This document shows positions 1 to 8,329 of a stretch of DNA of 64,000 nt, piece by piece. The notes under the pieces are model-generated. The model saw only the letters and a list, made by a program, of their open reading frames with translations. It was not told where the DNA came from and did not search any database. This stretch comes from Anaerohalosphaeraceae bacterium. Lineage in GTDB: Bacteria > Planctomycetota > Phycisphaerae > Sedimentisphaerales > Anaerohalosphaeraceae. The stretch is from positions 1 to 64,000 of the forward strand of contig JBNRMN010000096.1 in NCBI GenBank assembly GCA_050309605.1, written 5' to 3'. A program made the position numbers and the translations under genes. Position 1 is the first letter of the stretch. Each line of letters opens with the position of its first letter.

Positions 1-1
1 C

Positions 2-583
2 TATCGTCCGACGATTTTAATTAACACGGCCAACGGTCTGGGGCAGGGATCCGGACGGTCGATTGAAGGCTTTAATTTGTATGCGTCGCTGGCGGCGTGC
101 AGCGACCATCTGGTCAGCTTCGGCGGCCACGAGATGGCCGCCGGCCTGAAGGTCGAGACCCGCAAGGTGGCCGACTTTGCCGAGGCGTTTGAGGCCTATG
201 CGCAGCAATCGCTGGGGCGGACGACGCTGGAGTCGTTTTTGGACATTGAGGCCGAGACGTGCATCGGCGATTTTAACGATCGGCTGATGCGGGAGCTGAA
301 AAGCCTCGAGCCGTTCGGGCAGGGCAATCCGCGGCCGATGTTTGCCACCCGCGGTGTGCGCCTGATCGCGCCGCCGCGCCGCGTCGGAGCACGCAGCGAT
401 CATTTGCAGCTTTCGATAGCCGATACGACCGGCGCGGTTCGCTGTATCGGCTTTGGGATGGGCAATCTGGAAAAGAAGCTGCTCGAAACCGATTCCTTCA
501 GTGTGGCCTATGAGCCGCAGCACAACACCTATAACGGAAAAACCATGCTCCAGTTTGTCCTGAGCGACATCCGGTTTGACTGA
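2..583 (+). CDS. recJ: Single-stranded-DNA exonuclease RecJ, C-terminal part (5'-truncated by window edge)
   Basis: Frame is open from base 2. DHHA1 motifs GSGRSIEGFNL and FGGHEMAAGL, then LEPFGQGNPRP and an OB-fold tail typical of RecJ. Confidence 0.93.
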   Translation, partial: YRPTILINTANGLGQGSGRSIEGFNLYASLAACSDHLVSFGGHEMAAGLKVETRKVADFAEAFEAYAQQSLGRTTLESFLDIEAETCIGDFNDRLMRELKSLEPFGQGNPRPMFATRGVRLIAPPRRVGARSDHLQLSIADTTGAVRCIGFGMGNLEKKLLETDSFSVAYEPQHNTYNGKTMLQFVLSDIRFD

Positions 584-818
584 TTTGTCTTGGGCTGTAT
601 CCTCTGTCGATGGCCGCACACCACAGCGGCTTTTGGGCGGCTGCGGTGTCGAGGAGTCCTTTCAGTTTATTCCTAACCTGTTTTATTCACTCAAGTTATA
701 AAAAAAAGAAAAGACGGGTCAAACCCTTGCCCCCTGCCTGCGCCGCCGATGCGAAAAAAACATGTCCAATTTTCAGCTGAAAGGGTATTACTGTGGGGAA
801 TACCTGGAAAATCGAATC

Positions 819-1376
819 ATGGCCGATGAACAAGTAGAATTTGAAACGAACCCTGAAGAGCTGTTTTTTCAGCTCTTCATCGCAAACCAGCAGCGTTTGT
901 ATGCCTATATTTTGGCTTCGGTTCATAATTTTTCAGATGCGGATGACATCTTGCAGGAAACGGCGGCGGTTCTGTGGCGACGTTTCAGCGAATTTGAAGA
1001 AGGAACGAGTTTTATTGCCTGGGGAATCAGCATTGCACGCAATCTGATTCTGAAACATTTTAACGAGCGCAAACGCTCGCGTCTCCAGTTTGATAATGAA
1101 TTGCTCAGTCAACTGGCGGACTTGACGCTTCAGGATACCGACTCAAACCAAATCCAGGCGTTGAAAAAAGCGTTTCATGAGTGTTTTGGGCGATTGAGCG
1201 AAAACAACCGCAACATTTTGCAACTGCGCTACCAGGATGGAATGAAGATTAAAGACATCGCCAACAAAACGCAAAAACCGGTTCCGGGGATGTATAAAGC
1301 GGTTGCACGAATCCACGACGCATTGCAGCGTTGTATCGACGTGGTTCTCTCGCAACAGGGTCAATTCAATGGATGA
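819..1376 (+). CDS. ECF-type RNA polymerase sigma-70 factor (planctomycete type)
   Basis: Region 2 LYAYI...DADDILQET...FIAWGISIARN and region 4 LQLRYQDGMKIKDIA. Overlaps a downstream FecR gene. ATG at 762 is an alternative start. Confidence 0.9.
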   Translation: MADEQVEFETNPEELFFQLFIANQQRLYAYILASVHNFSDADDILQETAAVLWRRFSEFEEGTSFIAWGISIARNLILKHFNERKRSRLQFDNELLSQLADLTLQDTDSNQIQALKKAFHECFGRLSENNRNILQLRYQDGMKIKDIANKTQKPVPGMYKAVARIHDALQRCIDVVLSQQGQFNG

Positions 1377-3039
1377 AAAAACGCAGCAGAAATTAGCGAA
1401 CTTAATCCAATTGGAGCTGGATGGATTACTCTCCGATGCGCAGTTCGCGGAGATCAGTTCGATCTTGAAATCGTCTTTGCAGGCTCGCCGATACTATGCA
1501 CGCACCATCTCCATGATCTCTTTGTTTCGCAGCTCATCATCTTTCCAGCAGCTTGAGATAGACATTGAGGAGTCATTTGACAGTGCGTTGTGGCAGGCGT
1601 TGTCGCAGGATGAAAAGCAGACCGACCCAATACATATTGAAAAAACGCCCCAACAGCCTGAACGGGTCACCAATGTCCGTCAGCGCAAGGCGTTGCTCAA
1701 AGAAAAAAGCAAGCCATTGCCGCCCAGTGTATGGGCGGCCACGGCGGCATTGGCGGCGATGTTGCTGATGGTGATCTATGTCTATCTGCGCCCGCCTTTG
1801 GGCTATGAGGTGGCGACCATTACGGATTCCATCGATCTGCAATGGTCCTCTTCCATCGCGCCGCGAAAGGGGGGGCGTCTCATGGCGTCCTCTGAATTGA
1901 TTGAACTGCAAAGAGGTATCGTCAGGCTTCGCTCCGATAAAGGCGTTACCGTCCTTATTGAGGCCCCGGCGCAGTTTCGATTTTCCGGTACCGATGAGAT
2001 TGTGCTGACGTATGGACGATTGTTTGCCGATGTGTCTGAAGCCGGCGGCGGTTTTGCCGTCCAGACGGGCAATTCCAAAATTATCGATTTGGGTACCCGA
2101 TTCGGGGTGTATGCCGATATGAGGGGAGAAACGGAATTGCACATGTTCGATGGCAAAGCCCTTGTGATTGCACGAGGAGGGCAGCATTCCAATCAGCCGA
2201 CAACGTTGTCTTCGGGGCGTGCGCTCCGCATTGATCAAACCGGCCAGACGATTGCGGATATCCCGCTGCGCCAGGACGTTTTTGCGCAAAACATTGATTC
2301 GCTGACCGGCCTGATATGGCGCGGCCGAAAAGTGATTCATCTGGCCGATGTCGTCGGCGGCGGCAACGGCTTTGGAACAGGCGCTCAGAGCGTCGGCATC
2401 AATCCCGTCAGCGGCGTTGTTCGAAAGGCCGAGGTGCAAAGACGAAAACACACCAATGTTTATACGCAGGTGGATTCCAATCTTTTTGTCGATGGGGTGT
2501 TCATCCCGAACGGAACCGATGAACAGGTGGTGACCACGGCCGGACATGTTTTTGCCGAGTGCCCTCCGACGAGCGGTTACTTTTATGCGGATATTTCGAA
2601 TACATCGATGGGCAGGATGATCGATGACCAGAAACATTACCCGCTGTATCTGAATCAGACGAATTACGCGTCGAAAGACAATCCCTGCATTTTTATGCAT
2701 TCCAATACGGGAATCACGTTTGATCTGCACTCGTTTCGATCCCGTTTGCCGGGGACGCGGATTGTGCGTTTTCAGTCCGAAATCGGCATCAGTGATTCCG
2801 CTCCGAATAAGTTGTACATCGCGGATTTCTGGGTGCTGGTGGACGGCCAGGTGCGGTACACCAATGTCGAGCCGATGCACCGGGGAGAGGCGGTTGAAGT
2901 TCATATTGAAATTAACGATCAGGATCGTTTTTTAACGCTGATGGTCACCGACGGAAGCGTTCGCGAGGGGCCGCAGGATGAAAACGCCATCCGCTCCGAC
3001 TGGGGGCTGTTTGGCAGGCCGTTGTTGATCCTTCAATAG
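1369..3039 (+). CDS. FecR-domain anti-sigma factor with C-terminal NPCBM/NEW2-like carbohydrate-binding domain
   Basis: Coupled to the sigma gene (ATGGATGA overlap). One TM helix (VWAATAALAAMLLMVIYVYL), FecR motifs IEAPAQF and IIDLGTRFGV, C-terminal FQSEIGISD...FWVLVDGQ...LTLMVTDG...DWGLFGRP. Confidence 0.85.
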   Translation: MDEKTQQKLANLIQLELDGLLSDAQFAEISSILKSSLQARRYYARTISMISLFRSSSSFQQLEIDIEESFDSALWQALSQDEKQTDPIHIEKTPQQPERVTNVRQRKALLKEKSKPLPPSVWAATAALAAMLLMVIYVYLRPPLGYEVATITDSIDLQWSSSIAPRKGGRLMASSELIELQRGIVRLRSDKGVTVLIEAPAQFRFSGTDEIVLTYGRLFADVSEAGGGFAVQTGNSKIIDLGTRFGVYADMRGETELHMFDGKALVIARGGQHSNQPTTLSSGRALRIDQTGQTIADIPLRQDVFAQNIDSLTGLIWRGRKVIHLADVVGGGNGFGTGAQSVGINPVSGVVRKAEVQRRKHTNVYTQVDSNLFVDGVFIPNGTDEQVVTTAGHVFAECPPTSGYFYADISNTSMGRMIDDQKHYPLYLNQTNYASKDNPCIFMHSNTGITFDLHSFRSRLPGTRIVRFQSEIGISDSAPNKLYIADFWVLVDGQVRYTNVEPMHRGEAVEVHIEINDQDRFLTLMVTDGSVREGPQDENAIRSDWGLFGRPLLILQ

Positions 3040-3134
3040 ATAAGATACAGCTCAGGTTTTGCATGAAAACTGTCTAAGTCTAAGTCGAAAAAATGAATGA
3101 ACAGCAACGTAATGAATGAATCGAGGGGGTTATT

Positions 3135-6047
3135 GTGAAGGCAATCCGTTTGGCAATGCTCGTGATGGGATCGCTGCTGTCGGCGCTGTGTTCGGCAGAG
3201 CAAACGGCAACACTGACCAGTATCGCGGACACCGGCATCAGGGATACATCCAATCCCTTTGGTTCGGATCCGTATATGTATATCTACGGTGCGTCGAATA
3301 CCTATCATATGGGATACGTCCGTTTTGATTTGAGACCGCTGGACATTCACACGGTGGTCAATGCTCAATTGGTGATGACCGTCTCCGGCGGTGCGCCGCG
3401 GAACGACAACCTCACAACGGGTCGTTTTGCCGCGTACGGCCTGAACCATGTGCCCGGCAATACCCCGCAGGACTGGAACGAGGCGGCTCTGAATAAAAGC
3501 AACACCGGCCTGGAGGTCAACTGGGCTAACGGCGGCGGAACAATGGACTTTAGCCGAGTTACCAATCTGGACGCCAATGACGGCGCAGGCACAACCGAAA
3601 GCATCGCCGGCGGGACGTATCATACAGGAACCACGATGACATTGACGGGACAGCCCCTGGTGAATTTTCTCCAGAGCCGCGTCGATGACAACGGCCTGGC
3701 GACCTTTATTATCCGCCAGCGGGACGGCGGCGGCCGAGGCTATGGACTGGCGACCAAAGAAAATCCTGAGCAGAGCTATCGCCCGGCGCTGCAGATCACT
3801 TATGTTCCGGCCGATTCCCCCCGTGCGACGGATCCCTGGCCGAAAGACGGCGATACGATCACCGGCCAAACTCTTTCGCGGTTGAGCTGGAAGGGCTGGG
3901 GCGCAGATCGGTACGAAGTCTGGTTTGGGCCGGGCCAGGCAAACGAGACCAATTACCCCTCCCTGTTGACCCGGATTGCCGTGATTGACAATCCAACACA
4001 AAATGTCAGCGCATCCATTCCCGAAGCGATGCTGCCGCTGGCCGCGCCGCAGACGTACACCTGGGTTGTTCAGGCGTATGCTTCCGATGCGCTTGTTTCC
4101 ACCGCCGTCTGGCGGTTCTCGGTCTCCGAGAGAGGACGGCTGATGGAAAACCTCGGTCGCGGTGTCGTGGCCACGCGTTCGGCGTCAAATCAGGCGTTTA
4201 TTTCCTGGCGGCTGCTGGGAACGGACCCCGAAGAGATTGCCTTTAATTTGTATCGGCAAGTCGGCTCCGGCAACCCGGTTCGCGTCAACACCACGCCCCT
4301 GACCGGCGGGACCAACTATCAGGATAACGGCATTGCGTTTACCCAGCCGATTGCTTATTTTGTACGTCCGGTCATCAACGGGCAGGAGCTGGCCGCCAGT
4401 GGAGCGTTTACCCTGGCTGCAAACATCCCCGTGCAGCCGTGTGTGGTCGTACCGCTCAGCGGCGGGGACACCGATCCGATTCATTTTGTGTGGGTCGGTG
4501 ATTTAACCGGCGACGGCGAGTATGACTTTGTCGTCGATCGCCTGAATTGGCAAGGGCGTCCCCAAAAGATTGAGGCCTTCACCCGCGACGGCACACGGTT
4601 GTGGGTGGTGAATCTCGGCCCCAACAGTACGGATACCTACAACATTGAGCCGGGATCGGCGACGATTGACGTGGGACACTGGGACGGCGTTACCGTCTAT
4701 GATCTTGATTGTGACGGCAAGGCTGAAGTCGTTGTCCGAACGGCCAATGGAGTCACATTTGGCGACGGCGGTACACTCGTTCACCCCAACAACAATGTTC
4801 AGTTCATCTCTGTGCTTGATGGGATGACAGGAGCCGAGCGAGCCAGAATACAAATTCCGACGGATTACATTGCCGATGGACCGATGGCCGCTCAAATGGG
4901 GATCGGCTATTTAAACGGACGCACGCCCAGCATTATTGCATCCCTGAAAAACCGCATCGGCTCGGGTGCTTTTAATATGATGATCTGCGCGTGGGATTTT
5001 GACGGGCAGTCGCTGACGCAAAAATGGAAATGGAAGCGCGGTTCGGGGAATTATCACGACGGCCACAATATTCGCATCGTGGATGTAACAGGCGACGGAC
5101 AAGACGAAATCGGCCATATCGGCTTTATGCTGAAAGGCGACGGAACGGTGCTCTACAATTTGGCAGATACCGGCGGCGTGGTGCACGGTGACCGCTGGCA
5201 TATCGGCAAGTTTGACCCGGCCCGGCCCGGCCTGCAGGGCTATGGAGTCCAGCAGGATAATCCAAGCGGCCTGCTGGAGTATTATTATGACGCGGCAACC
5301 GGAGAAATGCTCTGGCAGCGGATTGGCACGCCCGCCGATTTAGGCCGCGGCGACGTCGGCGACGTTGACCCGCGTACGCCTGGTTTTGAGTGCTGGGCCT
5401 TCAATGGCGTGTGGAATCTGCCGACTCGGACGCAACTGGCTGCGGCTTCGCCCTGGCCGGTTCTGCGCCTGTGGTGGGACGGCGACGACCTGAGCGAGAG
5501 CTTTAATGACGGCAAGATTGAAAAATGGATCTACAGCAGCAGTTCGGTTGCACGTCTGGTGACGACCTGGAACTATGAGGGAGCCACCCGCAGCGACCGT
5601 GGCGCCCCGATGTTCTACGGCGATATTTTTGGTGACTGGCGTGAAGAGACGGTTCAGACAAATCCAAATTATACGAAACTGGTTATCTTCACAACAAACA
5701 TACCCACTGCCCGGCGCCTTTACACGTTGCCGCACAATCCGGCGTATCGCAACAGCATGACGGTGAAGGGCTATATGCAGTCTCATCATCTGGATTATTA
5801 TCTCGGCCACGGCATGGAAACGCCGCCCAGACCGAAGATCGAACCGGCCGGCGTCTGGTGGAATCCCGCCGACATCACCCGCAGCGGACAGATCGATCTG
5901 AATGACTTTACCATATTGGCCTCCCAGTGGCTTGGCGCCGAACGCAGTTTGTCCGCTGACATTGCCCCGTTCGGCGGCGACGGACAGGTCAATCTGCCCG
6001 ACCTGCTGCTGATGGCCGATAACTGGCTTATCGCCGAAGAGCAATAG
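3135..6047 (+). CDS. Secreted rhamnogalacturonan lyase (PL11) with N-terminal DNRLRE-like module and C-terminal dockerin-like domain
   Basis: Signal peptide. PL11 motifs MENLGRGVVA, FISWRLLGTD..FNLYR, GDWREE and YTLPHNPAYR. Two C-terminal D-x-x-x-x-G-x-(I/V)-(D/N)-L-x-D...WL repeats. Confidence 0.88.
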   Translation: MKAIRLAMLVMGSLLSALCSAEQTATLTSIADTGIRDTSNPFGSDPYMYIYGASNTYHMGYVRFDLRPLDIHTVVNAQLVMTVSGGAPRNDNLTTGRFAAYGLNHVPGNTPQDWNEAALNKSNTGLEVNWANGGGTMDFSRVTNLDANDGAGTTESIAGGTYHTGTTMTLTGQPLVNFLQSRVDDNGLATFIIRQRDGGGRGYGLATKENPEQSYRPALQITYVPADSPRATDPWPKDGDTITGQTLSRLSWKGWGADRYEVWFGPGQANETNYPSLLTRIAVIDNPTQNVSASIPEAMLPLAAPQTYTWVVQAYASDALVSTAVWRFSVSERGRLMENLGRGVVATRSASNQAFISWRLLGTDPEEIAFNLYRQVGSGNPVRVNTTPLTGGTNYQDNGIAFTQPIAYFVRPVINGQELAASGAFTLAANIPVQPCVVVPLSGGDTDPIHFVWVGDLTGDGEYDFVVDRLNWQGRPQKIEAFTRDGTRLWVVNLGPNSTDTYNIEPGSATIDVGHWDGVTVYDLDCDGKAEVVVRTANGVTFGDGGTLVHPNNNVQFISVLDGMTGAERARIQIPTDYIADGPMAAQMGIGYLNGRTPSIIASLKNRIGSGAFNMMICAWDFDGQSLTQKWKWKRGSGNYHDGHNIRIVDVTGDGQDEIGHIGFMLKGDGTVLYNLADTGGVVHGDRWHIGKFDPARPGLQGYGVQQDNPSGLLEYYYDAATGEMLWQRIGTPADLGRGDVGDVDPRTPGFECWAFNGVWNLPTRTQLAAASPWPVLRLWWDGDDLSESFNDGKIEKWIYSSSSVARLVTTWNYEGATRSDRGAPMFYGDIFGDWREETVQTNPNYTKLVIFTTNIPTARRLYTLPHNPAYRNSMTVKGYMQSHHLDYYLGHGMETPPRPKIEPAGVWWNPADITRSGQIDLNDFTILASQWLGAERSLSADIAPFGGDGQVNLPDLLLMADNWLIAEEQ

Positions 6048-6118
6048 CATAACGACGTATGACCATTACATCGTGTAATGGCAGAAAAATTTAGTGTTTT
6101 TTTTCGGAGGATTTTTTT

Positions 6119-8140
6119 ATGAAAAAGAGATTCTGGTTAGGGCTTATCTGTACCGCAGTATTGCTGGTACCCGTGTCGCGGGCAGAGGTCATCCGCGAGA
6201 CAAGCTTCGGCCTGGGCGCCGACACATTTGTGGGCAATGATTCCAATAAAGGCCCGGATAACAATTACGGCGGCGGAAGCACGATGGATATAAGAAATTA
6301 TCCGGGAGTTCGCGCTCACATCGGCTATGTCAAGTTTGACATCAGCGGTGTCTTCGGCAGCATGGCCGATGCGCAGCTCCAGATATACATCACTTCCGGC
6401 GGGGCGACCCGGACCTGGGACATCTACGGGCTGATTGACAATGATGTGGATGACGCCTGGGGGGAAATGAGCATCACGTACAACAATGCCCCGGGGATGT
6501 TGCCCGCAACAGCCGGTAGTTTTACGATTGATGAAACCAAATTGACCCTGCTGGGAACCTTGGCGGTGTCGAGTGCTACCAATGTGGCCGTGACCTCCGA
6601 TCCGGCCACGCTGGACCTGTCTTCGTTTCTGCAAAGCGACACCAACGGCCTGGTGACATTTGTGCTGATTCCGCAGCCTCCCGAACGGCAGTTCTATGTC
6701 GCCGCCAAAGAGGGCGTGACCGAAGAAAATGGCTGGATAGCACCGACGTTGATTATGCCGAATGCGTTTCTTGGCGGTGCGGGTGAACCGCAGCCGGCCG
6801 ACGGCAGCACCATCACCGATTTGAACCTGTCGCAGTTGTGCTGGAAGAATGTGTCCAGTGATGTCGCGGTCGTCTGGTTTGGCCAGACCGATGCCAATGA
6901 GTTGGATTATCAGTCGCAACTGACTCCGTTGGCCGTCATCAACGACCCCCAGGAGACCGAATGCGTGGCGATTCCCGCCGACTATCTGCCGCTGGATGTC
7001 CCCGCAACGTTTACCTGGGCGGTTGAATCGTGGAAGTATCCGGAGTCCGATCCCAATCATTACGGGGAACCGAACGAGTTTATGGGCGTCGGTGTCTGGA
7101 AATTCTATACCTCGGCGATTCCGCTGGCCGAAAGCAGCCCCGTCGATCAGTACAGGTTCCCCGGCGAAACGGCGACCTTTACCGCGACGTTCGAATCGCT
7201 GTCGCCCCTGGGCGGTGTGATCTGGCATCAAAACGGCCAGCCCGTCAATGTCGGTGATCCCGATGTCGATGTAACGGTAACTGAGCTGGGAGACTTTCAG
7301 TATTCCACGACGCTGACGATTTCTAATGTCTCTGAACTCAATGACGGGGCCTATGACTGTATCGCTTCCAATGACGGCGGCCAGTCCGATCCGACCGACG
7401 TGGCGTATTTGGTCGTCAAACGCAAGCTGGCCCACTGGAAGCTTGACGGCCATGCTGACGATGAAACAGGCGTTTACAACGGCACGCTGTATGGTGAGCC
7501 GAATGTTGTGCAGGACGGCGTGCATTATGCGATGGAATTTGACGGGATTGACGATTATGTACAGTTGCCCGAAGGCTTTGCTAACTTCCGTTCGGGGATA
7601 ACCTGTACGATTTGGGTCAAGCCGGCCGCGGTTACGAACTGGGCACGATTCTTCGATTTCGGCAACGGCGCAGGCGTTGACAATGTGTTTCTGACCCGCA
7701 ACGGGACGACCGCCAACCTGACCTTCAACACCTATAACGGCCTGGTGACAGCCAACAACGCCATTACGCTCAATGAGTGGCAATTCTTTGCGGTGACGAT
7801 GACCGAAGCGGGCAACGTGGTGATCTACAAGAACGGTTTTGATATCCAGACCGGTTCTGTCGGCCTGCCGGCAGTCGCGACACGGACGCTCAATTACATC
7901 GGCCAAAGCAACTGGGAAGCCGATGCGCTGTATCACGGCCTGATGGACGATCTGCAGATTTATAATTACGCGCTGGATGCCGACACCCTGGCGACGATGT
8001 ATGCGGAGACCGCCGGGCGTTACTGCCGCTTCAAACCCGAACTGGACTTGAACGACAACTGCATCGTGGATATTGGTGACTTTGCGATACTGGCCCAATC
8101 CTGGCTCGAATGCGGCTTCTGGCCGGATTGCGACCTGTAA
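6119..8140 (+). CDS. Secreted non-catalytic protein: DNRLRE-like + Ig-like + LamG/concanavalin-A-like + dockerin-like tail
   Basis: Signal peptide. Ig motif LTISNVSELNDGAYDC. LamG motifs AHWKLDG, FDGIDDYV, WARFFDFG and GLMDDLQIYNYAL. Tail DLNDNCIVDIGDFAILAQSWLEC. Confidence 0.8.
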   Translation: MKKRFWLGLICTAVLLVPVSRAEVIRETSFGLGADTFVGNDSNKGPDNNYGGGSTMDIRNYPGVRAHIGYVKFDISGVFGSMADAQLQIYITSGGATRTWDIYGLIDNDVDDAWGEMSITYNNAPGMLPATAGSFTIDETKLTLLGTLAVSSATNVAVTSDPATLDLSSFLQSDTNGLVTFVLIPQPPERQFYVAAKEGVTEENGWIAPTLIMPNAFLGGAGEPQPADGSTITDLNLSQLCWKNVSSDVAVVWFGQTDANELDYQSQLTPLAVINDPQETECVAIPADYLPLDVPATFTWAVESWKYPESDPNHYGEPNEFMGVGVWKFYTSAIPLAESSPVDQYRFPGETATFTATFESLSPLGGVIWHQNGQPVNVGDPDVDVTVTELGDFQYSTTLTISNVSELNDGAYDCIASNDGGQSDPTDVAYLVVKRKLAHWKLDGHADDETGVYNGTLYGEPNVVQDGVHYAMEFDGIDDYVQLPEGFANFRSGITCTIWVKPAAVTNWARFFDFGNGAGVDNVFLTRNGTTANLTFNTYNGLVTANNAITLNEWQFFAVTMTEAGNVVIYKNGFDIQTGSVGLPAVATRTLNYIGQSNWEADALYHGLMDDLQIYNYALDADTLATMYAETAGRYCRFKPELDLNDNCIVDIGDFAILAQSWLECGFWPDCDL

Positions 8141-8169
8141 TAGTGTTTGACTGGCAGACAAGTGTCTCC

Positions 8170-8212
8170 GGGCGGCGTCGGTTTTCGGCGCCGCCCATCC
8201 TGTTATTTTTTT
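8170..8212 (+). terminator. Probable intrinsic terminator or stabilising hairpin
   Basis: GGGCGGCGTCG-GTTTT-CGGCGCCGCCC stem with a slightly offset T-rich tract. Confidence 0.5.
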
Positions 8213-8329
8213 CCAGTATGCCGCTCATTCGCAGCGACTGATACACCTGGGAAACATACACGCCAGTGTGATTCTGCGGCGGTCCATCCAAATCGTTTTC
8301 CGAAATCAATGAAAGAAAGGATTCATGAA

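Noticed and set aside
6063..6081. CCATTACA-TCG-TGTAATGG as a terminator
   Set aside because: It is a short AT-rich stem with no adjacent U-tract, inside an apparent operon. Its role is unclear.
6137..8161. Long antisense ORFs (this one and e.g. 1573-2904, 22352-23794, 27107-28336, 51644-53173)
   Set aside because: These are shadow ORFs opposite well-supported genes in GC-rich DNA, with no recognisable motifs.
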